Source of the DNA: Eledone cirrhosa
Lineage: Eukaryota
Reading direction: 5' to 3'
NCBI GenBank assembly: GCA_964016885.1
Contig: CAXHJY010001576.1
Location: 1 to 64,000 of the forward strand
DNA length: 64,000 nucleotides
The notes under the pieces are model-generated. The model was not told the DNA's origin and ran no database searches. It worked only from the letters and a program-made list of their open reading frames with translations. The position numbers were made by a program, and so were the translations under genes. Position 1 is the first letter of the stretch; each line of letters starts with the position of its first letter. Shown one piece after another: positions 54,036 through 64,000 of this stretch.

Positions 54036-54857
54036 ATATATATATATATATATATATACAATTGAAAATTTAACAGACAAAACACACACATACACACACA
54101 CGCACACGCACACACATATATATGGAGGTGGGGTGTATGTATATGAGTGTGCCATTTAATCGTAATATAATTTGAATGAATTCGCAAAATCCGTCTACTG
54201 CACAATGGTACTCACCATACATAGTTTATGCAACACCAAAGTGGGCGTTCCGTGTTATGAAAAATACTAACCTAAGCAAAGAGAATGCTAGTTATTTGAG
54301 GGACATAATGATGCCATTATTTTCAAAACAAATTCTAACAGATTCGAAAAAATGCTCACGTTATTATTGTATTATTTCGAAATTTTAATGACATTATTCA
54401 ACAGTAATATTATAATAATGATTCTAGTAGTCCATAAAATTGTGAAAAAAAAAAAAAAAAAAAAAAATAAAACAGGCTTATATAATAAATATAACTTTTA
54501 GGAGCTAAACAAATAGAATGTTGCATGTTTAAGGACGTTCACACAGGGATACAATTTGTATTAATACCATTGTCAAATTATTATTCAATTCCAAATTTTA
54601 ATGTCATTATTCAAATACTATGATAATGAGTCTAATATCCTACAAAACTGTGATACAGAAAAAAAAAACAGGTTAGGTAATTAAATATATGGTATAGCTC
54701 CCTTAACACCAGGTGGAGTCATAAGGGCGCCGAGGTGACATACTGCGTTTCTTGGACATCTTAAGCTTGGCGGAGCCCATCCCTTTTCATATCTAAGTAC
54801 GGTAGATCTCTTCCAGAGAATGATAGAAAGTAACAGAGTGGATGTAAAAAAGGGATA

Positions 54858-55027
54858 TAGAGGAAGAATCGACCACAGTACTAGAGTGGTACTTTTTTTA
54901 TCGATCTCGAAAGGACGAAAGGCAAAATTGACCCCGGCGGGATTTGAAACCAGAGAGCATAGAACCGGAATGAGTAGCACAAGGCACTCTATCCGACGTC
55001 CTAACGAGTCTGCCAATTCGCCGCCGT
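54858..55027 (-). mobile_element. Older SINE copy
   Basis: Body and B-box recognisable. Confidence 0.75.
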
Positions 55028-55211
55028 TAGTTAAATAATATCTATAGGTTAAGCAATACTTCCATTGCTTCTTAGAAATCCACCCCACTGTTAGAAGTAT
55101 ATAAAAATAGTACCTGCCCTCTCACTTTAACCATAACATTATTATTTCACTGTGATACACACCACATTGTCTTTATAAAACACCAGTGGTTTAACCATAC
55201 CATTATTACTA

Positions 55212-55397
55212 GGTGGATTGGCAGTATCGGTAGAGGGTCGGACGCCATGCTTTCCAGCATAATTACGTCCCTTTACGATCTGAGTTCAAATCCCGCCGAG
55301 GTTGACTTTGCCTTTCATCCTTACGGGGTCGATAAAATAAAGTACCAGTAATACACTGGGTAATTGCTGGCCTGGTGCCTAAAGTAGAAACAATTAT
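55212..55397 (+). mobile_element. tRNA-derived SINE, full length, young subfamily
   Basis: TSD attattacta (55202-55211 and 55393-55402). Confidence 0.93.
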
Positions 55398-56093
55398 TAC
55401 TAAGTTATATACATCACATTGTTTATAAACCACCAAAGTAGGAATATATAAAAGGTTTCATACAATATATTCCCTGTAATCACGCATATATAATAGATAG
55501 GTATGTTTCTGCTTGATATCTTATTAAAACTTTCACTTCAGTGGTTTTAATGAAAAATTAATGAAAGAAATGTAGCAAATAGAAACAGATGTTAGTGCAA
55601 ATATGTGAAGAAATGTTTTTAGTGGCAAAACAACACGTGAATGTTGCTTGGAAAATTTTCTAGGGAAATACAGAAAATATTGCTTGAAGCTGTAAACGAA
55701 AATTGATGTAGGACGTAATTACATTGACCGATATTTCTATTGTGGCCTAGTTAAGTAAGTAGTCTGGCTGAATTATTATAGTCACAGAGAGAAAATAAGC
55801 GTGTTTAATGCTAGTCATCGGTTGGGCAAAATTCTGTGTTCCTGTTCAGAAGAGAGAGGGAGAAGTTTCTTAATTGCTAGAAGTCGGAGTAAATGGGATA
55901 AACAACAGTAAATCTCACCTACCACAAAAACCTCGCACCAGAGGCCAATGATGTACGACAGATGATGTAATGAAAGGCTCCACTCAATGGAAGTTCAATT
56001 TACATTCCTCCCATACTGTACATCCAATCAATTCCTTATATACTTCAACATAGTTATGTGTTATTTAAACCAGTTGCAATGAATGAATGTTCT

Positions 56094-56155
<62 letters not shown>

Positions 56156-56981
56156 CTTAACCAGATTCTGGTAGGTCACTGAAATGCCATGCAGTCAGTT
56201 ACTTAAAGTGCGATATATATGTCTAAAGTCACAATCCTCAAACAACGTGGCACGAAAAACTAGTGTGGTTGGCTTTCATTGAAGTATTGCTGCAATTATT
56301 TTGTAAACGTGTTCCATTGTATAATTATTTCTATTTGCTATAACGTAAAATTATAAAGTTTATAAGGTCATGCAGAGCTCATTATTCTAACATGACATGG
56401 CGGAATGGCAGAATCAGTAGAGTATCGTATGAAGTAGACTGACAGTATCTAGTTTCTACTTTCTATAATGTCTGTTGAAACTCTGGCTTGATCAATTTTT
56501 GTCTGACACCCCTACAGGTTTGATCAAATGCATCAAAACTGGCTTAGTGTGTGCGCGAGACAAACGCACACACACACATTCATGTACACACACACACACG
56601 CTCACACACATACACACACTCACACACACATACACACAAACACACACACACACATACACACTCACTCACACATACGCACATACACACTCATACACACAAA
56701 CATACGTGTATTTTGTATATTCGTTTCCAAAGTAGTCTATTCGTTAGTTGTTACGTAATATATAGTTGATAGTTGAAGGGGCGACCATGTACTATTCAAA
56801 TTATCTCTGGTGTCCTCGTTACACTCATTTTCCTACCTTTTCAATATAAACGTAATCAAATTTTGGTCCACACAGAAAAGTCAACAAGGGCAAAACAAGG
56901 CTTAATATAGTAGAAGGCTTGATATAGTAGAATAATTGTCTTAACGTTTCGAAGTATATATTTATAAACATCTTTATCTCA

Positions 56982-57052
<71 letters not shown>

Positions 57053-57324
57053 CATATACATATCTATATCTAGCCCTCTCTTTAAATATATAACTAGAAC
57101 AAGCCCCTCCTCTCCTACAGAGCTCTACCTTATTACCTCTAGCCCTTGTAGATTCTTAAGCTTGCAATATACTATAAGCATGACATAAGTTATCTTCATT
57201 TTCCTCTCAAATTAAAAAAGGGGGCTGCCTATCTTTTTCACTCCTTCTACGGGCCGGACGAACAGACGAAGAAACAGCACTTCTTTTATATTGATGATTA
57301 AGAATGGTTATTCGAAGAGTTGTG

Positions 57325-57629
57325 CTGGGAACCACAGTTAAATAAGGTACTTAATAGATTAGTAGAAATGATACATATTTATTTCATACAAAATTGATTT
57401 CAACTGTTTCATCTATTTGAAATCATTGATGATTTCAAAGGAACGAAACAGTTTTAATACTGCAGAAAAAATAAGTCATTTCTATGTGATATATATCGGT
57501 TCGGATCTATCTGTCGAAACGGCCGGAGCTCAGCCATCGGGGTCCTGACTCTTTCCCCACTCTACTACCCTAAGTATCGAGTACTCTGGTGCGTTATAGT
57601 CTACCTGGTCTGGTATCTTACCACACCTT

Positions 57630-57632
<3 letters not shown>
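57325..57632. mobile_element. Old family B copy (57325-57490) abutting a family A copy (57497-57632)
   Basis: accacag..aggtacttaata..gaaatcattgatgatttc..gaaacagtttta; then tcgaaacggccggagctcagccatcggggtcc...ttaccacac. Confidence 0.72.
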
Positions 57633-57669
<37 letters not shown>

Positions 57670-58204
57670 GTGGTTTTTTTTTATACAAAATGAAAAATAA
57701 CCGAGGTGTCCTACACGAGTGAAAGTATAAAGGAAAAAAGATGAAATCGAAAATGCAACTGGAGTCTTATTTAAAAAAAAAATATATATATTTATTTGGT
57801 TCCTTTACCGGTTTCGCAGTTCTTTTCTCTCTCTCTCTCTATATATATAGTTGTTATATAGTAAGGTGTATTATTGGTTGTGTAAAACGGTCCAATAAAT
57901 TTTTATTAGCAATATTAAGTTCTCCACGCTTTTGTATATCTCCAATTCCATTCAAGGGAACATCTAGATGATGTAAAACGGAGTATTAGTATTAGGGAAT
58001 AAACTCTGTGAGTGAACATTGCTAATTTTCTCCCGCATATCAAGAATTTGAAGACAATTCATTTTCACCTGACGAGTTCAGTGATAATTGATCATGGCTT
58101 CACGATCGATCTATCTCTTATTGAAACATGTGTCGTGATTAAAATGATTGGAAATTTTACCTTGCCTTCGGATTTTCATTTTGATATATATATATATATT
58201 TATA

Positions 58205-58630
58205 GAATATCGAATAAGTAAAAGCGAAGTAGTTTCAGATGTTCAAGTCCTTTAATAATAATTGTTTCTACTATTGGCACAAGGCTAGCAATTATCCAGT
58301 GCATTACTGGTACTTTATTTTATCGACCCCGTAAGGATGAAAGGCAAAGTTAACCTCGGCGGGATTTGAACTCACATTGTAAAGGGACGTAACTATGCTG
58401 GAAAGCATGGCGTCCGACCCTCTACTGATACTGCCAATCCACCGCCCTTTAATAATAATGCTGTGTTATATATTTCAATGACGACACTGGCCACACTGTT
58501 CTGTGTGCGAGTGTCGTGACATCATCAGGCAGCTTGTTACATAATAAGGTTATGTTTCCGAGGCAATCCAAGTTGAATCGACATGGGAACGGACGAAGTG
58601 TGTGCTTTTGGGTTCTTCATCCGTTCCATT
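58205..58630 (-). mobile_element. Family D insert in (TA)n, interrupted by a SINE; hammerhead at 58460-58533
   Basis: Collinear with 946-1161 once the SINE is removed. Confidence 0.85.
58254..58446 (-). mobile_element. tRNA-derived SINE, full length, young subfamily
   Basis: 14-bp TSD cctttaataataat (58249-58262 and 58446-58459). Confidence 0.94.
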
Positions 58631-58758
<128 letters not shown>

Positions 58759-59088
58759 AAAAATAAAACCCTATGAGAAAGCTATTTCATATAAAGCTAC
58801 TTATTTAAAATCACGATATATAGCTACAAATGACAGACGGCAGTGGGAACGACGACTGTGGTGGTAGTGGTGGAAGAGATAGCGGGGGTCGTGGTAAGTG
58901 GATTAGCTGGTTAATGAGGGTGGCATCAGGGTGTTGAGTGAGGTCAGGGGAGAGGTGGAGAATGGGCCGTGATATAAAATACTAAGATTAGCTCGGTCGA
59001 TAGGTGTCTAGTCTTAATGTCGGCATATGTTTGACTTTTGATGTTTACGACGATGATTTCAGTATGTATATATATATATGTATGTATA

Positions 59089-59157
<69 letters not shown>

Positions 59158-59162
59158 ATGTG

Positions 59163-59219
<57 letters not shown>

Positions 59220-59665
59220 ATAAATATGGATACATATATATGTTTCTATATACACACATTTATGCGTGAGCGTGTGTGTGTGAAAGAATTATTTATATAT
59301 ATGTAACAGTACGTGTACGCATATCTAGGAGCAAAGAAAAACGGAAGATGTGAATGACATTTTGTTGCTGATGCTGGTGATGATGATTATGATGACGACC
59401 TGAAAATCTATTCCAATAATATCGCAATGAGGTCAATAAACAACTTGACCCAGAAACAATGTAATCACGTGACATTGGAATGGAATTTGACTGCGATTAC
59501 AGCAAATGTCTATATCTAATGGTTTATAAAGCACGAACTGGCCAAATGGCTAGGATATGGGACAGCTAGCAAGCTGATAGTTAAAATGGTCTATATAATA
59601 TATGAGAAATTGACTAAATGGATAATATAGTGGGACAGTTAATTAAGATATAGGATAGCTGGGTA

Positions 59666-60056
59666 CTCTTGGATTTCGAATAATCGGCCCCACTCCTGCT
59701 TATTAATTTTTCTAATTTTTTTCCAACCCCCACCCGCTCTTATCAAGCGCCTATTAAACTTTGCTTATCTATCTTCGGCGAAATTTCATTTTAACTGGTA
59801 TCATTCCTGCGCCAATTAATTTTCTTTAGACGTTAAAAAACATTATACATGGCAAAAAAAGAAAGAAAAAGAAATACATTACAAGAAATCCCATACGTTA
59901 TAACATAAATAAGGTGGGTTGGCATCTCAAGATGTAAACTAAACGACTAATTCTGTATTTAAAAAAAAAAACAATCAAGGGAGACAACCTAGAAAACAAT
60001 TATTGTTTTTCCAACCACCGCGTATTCCAACCCTTCTATTATTTGGGACCGGAGAG
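59666..60056. mobile_element. Possible old MITE inside a degenerate tandem repeat (~59500-60240)
   Basis: Imperfect TIRs (about 13/19 matches); flanks share tggataatata.tgggacagtta and tatatctaatggt. Confidence 0.35.
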
Positions 60057-61258
60057 CAATTGATTTTCAAAATCTGAGTATCTCATGGTCTATATTATAC
60101 ATGAAGAGTTGGCTAAATGGATAATATATTGGGACAGTTAGCCAGAGAGTTCTATTAGAATCTGTATATCTAATGGTGTTTAAGACAACAATTGGCCAAA
60201 TGGATTTGGTATGGTAACAATTAGATAGCTGGCTTAATTTAAATCTGTTACTTTGGCATCTACAGGGATTTAAAAAGTAGTGGAAGGTAAGGAAGGTTTC
60301 CTCAGATTGAAAACCTAGCTTGAGTGTTCGTAACAGCCTAAATTCCGCTAAAGGTACCCAAGGACCCGTGAGCGGCATTGAATTGGTAGACGGATTAACC
60401 TTACCACTAATATGCAAAAATGGACAACATTTTCTCCAACAGACTTCCGATCAGTATCTGTCAATCACATTTCTCTTACGCGTCTTTGGTCTACCCGCGA
60501 TAATAGTAGAAAATACTTCCTCGCGGTGCCTCAATCTATATATATTTACGAAACGAACCTTTGCTTACGCCTATTTAGCAGTCAAGAAAATGTATCTCTG
60601 TTTTGTGGTGAAATTACCTAGGATGGTCTATCGTTCTGTACGTAGGGAGTGATAGCTCGCTCAGCTAAGCCATGGTCATAGCGGTTCTTATAATACACGA
60701 AGAATTTAACTGTTCCTGATGATATACCAGGAAAGATCACAGAGCCAATTTGCAAACTTTACAGAGAAACGGTCTTTCCATCAAACCTAATTTGGAAATG
60801 TCAACACTTTCGAATATATGGAAATATATTCTGTAACAAATACAGGCATATATTTTATGCTGCGGTGCATCAGCTGTTAACTGTTAATCCAAAATACAAC
60901 TTAATGTTCTCCAAGTCTATCACTTCCGTCAGAATTGCCAAGCAGCATCGTTGCCATTTGGCAATAAACAGGCGCATTTGTCCACAACAATCCTCACTAT
61001 TATTTTCGTCCCTTCACTATCTCTTCATCTCTCTCTGTGTTCAGAAACATGCGGGGAAACTGTTTTACAATTGACTCAATATCGTATTAAGAATAAAGTA
61101 AGATTATTCTATATTTTCTAGGAATAAAGGTTGATTCTAGATAAATAGTCATTCATTGAATCTTTAATCTCTGATGGAGCCGTAGGGACGCATTCGTGTC
61201 ATACGGTACTTCTTGCAGAGCCCTTACCATTCCATGTTTGTCTAGATCCATCTTCTTC

Positions 61259-61344
<86 letters not shown>

Positions 61345-61383
61345 AGAGTGAGAGAAAACCTGTTTCCAGCAAAGTACCAGTAC

Positions 61384-61579
61384 CAGACCTGTCAACCTCT
61401 AAAAGCCCAAACGGGGAGTACCATGAAAAAAAGGGCTCCAAAACGGGGAGAAATGAGGCATTAATGGGGAGATTTTACATAATGAAAGCTATATCCATTT
61501 TCACAAGAGAAGACATCTCTCACCTACCCCAAAGTGGGTGAGAGATCTCCCCGTCGGATGGGGAGAGTTGGCAGGTCTG
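61384..61579. mobile_element. 196-bp hAT-like MITE
   Basis: TIRs cagacctgtcaac / gttggcaggtctg; aaagtac on both flanks (imperfect TSD). Confidence 0.7.
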
Positions 61580-62905
61580 AAAGTACTGGAGTAGTTCTTC
61601 GGTTATCGATCCAGAATGGATGAGGGGCAAAGTACACTTCAATGACATGTGAATTCAGAACACAGAGAAAGAAAATGAATAATATAAAGCATTCTATCGG
61701 ATAATCTGACAATTACTTCTAATTAACACATCATTAATAACAATAACAAGAATCTGTTTATACAAAACATCCAGGTGGGAAAGTTCTCATATCTGTTTAG
61801 TCAGCTTTTGACTATCGTTTGATGTCGTTGAAGAATAACTTGAAGTGAGTTCATAAATTCATACATGACACATTTTAGAGAAACTGGTTGTTTATAACAC
61901 GGCAAATTCACTGAACGCGATAGAGCGTTGGAAGAAATGCCTTACGGTGTTTATTTTGCTTCCATGCGTTCTGTGTTGAAATTCCAAAAAGGTCAACTTT
62001 GCTATTCAGCCTTCCGAAGTTGGTAAATAAAGTCTCAATCTAGGGCAGTGAATTAGTAAAATTTGTAGCTAGTCGGACGATATGACTCGCGGTATTTATT
62101 CCGTATGTTTGCTTTCAGAGTTCAAATCCTGTCACGCAGTTGAAGACAGTCTTCTAATCATTGGTTACTTTTAGCAGAGTTCACACTTTTACAAACATTT
62201 GGGCCCAGTCTCAAGTTCGAGGATACCTTCCACGCATACTTGTTTGTCCCCCCCCTCCCCGTCATCAGTTTAGGAGGCACCGAAAATGTTTCTGCACATT
62301 GCCCTGTCCCTTGAGAAAAATCTCTTTATAAATTTAAGCAACTTCCGTCCGCCCGTTCGTCATACAGTGTTTGAGTGTGTGTGTTTGCTTGTGTGAATGT
62401 ATGTGTGTGTAAAAGGAAGGAAGGGGATGGTGAAAAAACTAAAGCAAAACAGTGGCTGGCGTTCCATCTGCTACGCTGTGTGTGAGTGCATGTGTATGTG
62501 TGTGTTTCTGTCAATGTATATGTGTGTGTTTCTGTAAATGTATATGTGTGTGTGTTTGTGTGAATGTATGTGCGTGTATGTGGAAATGTATGTGTATTTG
62601 TGTAAATGTATATCTATATGCATACATATAAATGTATGCTTATGCATGAGTATATAGACATAAACGCACAAACACAGACACACAAAATTACACACCTACA
62701 GATATTGTTGGAAAAAATCCTAGTGTAGAAAAGTGGATTTGTTTTAACGTTATTTTTTTAATGTTTTCTAATGATGCGTTTACTCTCACTTATGATCGCT
62801 AGATCGAATAATTTGACTCATTTTTTCATGTATGTATAAATGTATGCATATCTCTTTGTATGTATCCATTGAATGTATATATATACATACACACTTTATA
62901 TGTTT

Positions 62906-62968
<63 letters not shown>

Positions 62969-62969
<1 letters not shown>

Positions 62970-63160
62970 GGGCGTGAGTCAACAATTATCTGCACTTTCG
63001 CCATAACATATCTTTAGCTTTGTCACACTGCCTTCTGCTCATGCGTACTTATAGGTAGTACTATTGTGGTCACGTGATCGAAGTTTGAGCTTGATCGCGC
63101 CAGTTTTCTTGTTGGTGTTACAGTGTAAATATGGCGGCTCCGCTAGCAGTGTGCCCCAAG
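62969..63160 (+). mobile_element. Mariner 5' end with transposase start remnant
   Basis: TA-cgggcgtgagtcaacaattatctgcac TIR-like end. ATG at 63131 gives MAAPLAVCPK, resembling mariner transposase N-termini (from recall). Confidence 0.55.
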
Positions 63161-63238
63161 ACGTTTCCACTCCATACTTTGCATCACCGTTTATTCTTAT
63201 TTTGAATAAGCATTAATATATACACACTCATACACATG

Positions 63239-63312
<74 letters not shown>

Positions 63313-63314
<2 letters not shown>

Positions 63315-63624
63315 AAGACCCCTTTCGTTTACCAATGACCATATGATTTGTAACTAGGAAGTGGTTTGTGGAAGACCAGTAGTCGCCGCCTATGCATAAC
63401 CAGTCTCCCCCTCTCCGCGCCACTGATGTTGTCCAAGGGAAAAGGCAATGGCCGATACCACTTGGCACCAGTGACGTTGCAACTCATTTCTACAGCTGAG
63501 TAAACTGGACCAACGTGAAATAAAGTTTCTTGCTCAAGGACACAATGCATCACTTGGTCCGATAGTCGAAGTCACAACCTCCCAATTACAAACACAACGC
63601 TATAACCACTAAGCCATGGACCTT

Positions 63625-63625
<1 letters not shown>
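63313..63625 (-). mobile_element. CORE-like SINE, near full length
   Basis: tRNA-like head (tggcttagtggttatagcg on minus) and CORE-like tccagtttactcagctgtagaaatgag. Confidence 0.72.
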
Positions 63626-63673
<48 letters not shown>

Positions 63674-64000
63674 ACGACCCCCCTCACACACACACGCACA
63701 CATACACACATACACACACAACACGTGCCTCTACATGTATAATTATATATACTGGTGGTTGAAAATGTAGGTTTTGTCTTTCAGTAGTCACGTGGATTTG
63801 TCGACCATATTTATTTATTTATTTATTTATTTATGTTTCATTTACTATCTATTATTGAGTGTCTGACTGCCTGTCTCTCTGACTGACTGTCTGTCTGACT
63901 GTCTGTCTGTCTGTTTGTCTGCACGTTCGTCTGCCTGGCTGTTTCGCTGTCTGGACGTCTGGCTTGCTATACTGACCCAGTGTTTTCGTTAGATAAACAG

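Noticed and set aside
60067-61074. Short ORFs in unique-looking sequence as host exons
   Set aside because: No recognisable domain, splice structure or codon signal by eye.

Overview
AT-rich, microsatellite-saturated eukaryotic DNA, most likely intergenic or intronic. The SINE types and simple-repeat load resemble a coleoid cephalopod (octopus-like); this is an inference. No host protein-coding gene can be supported, and almost all ORFs in the track are translations of simple repeats. Contents: (i) a 12.4-kb GT-rich satellite with a ~97-bp unit (6982-19371), and next to it an unrelated 97-bp array; (ii) about 20 copies of a tRNA-derived SINE, several with target-site duplications (TSDs), plus other SINE families; (iii) decayed RTE-clade LINE fragments, a Tc2-like non-autonomous DNA transposon, mariner and hAT remnants, and a probable solo LTR nested in a SINE; (iv) the most interesting signal: at least 7 sequence-unrelated families of short non-coding inserts that sit in (TA)n tracts. 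These carry hammerhead-ribozyme core motifs, often end in a copy-specific fold-back (inverted) arm, and several share a short motif near their 3' junction. They fit microsatellite-targeting Penelope-like/retrozyme-type retroelement remnants. Two loci have the empty and filled versions of the same site inside this window. All alignments and folds were done by eye.
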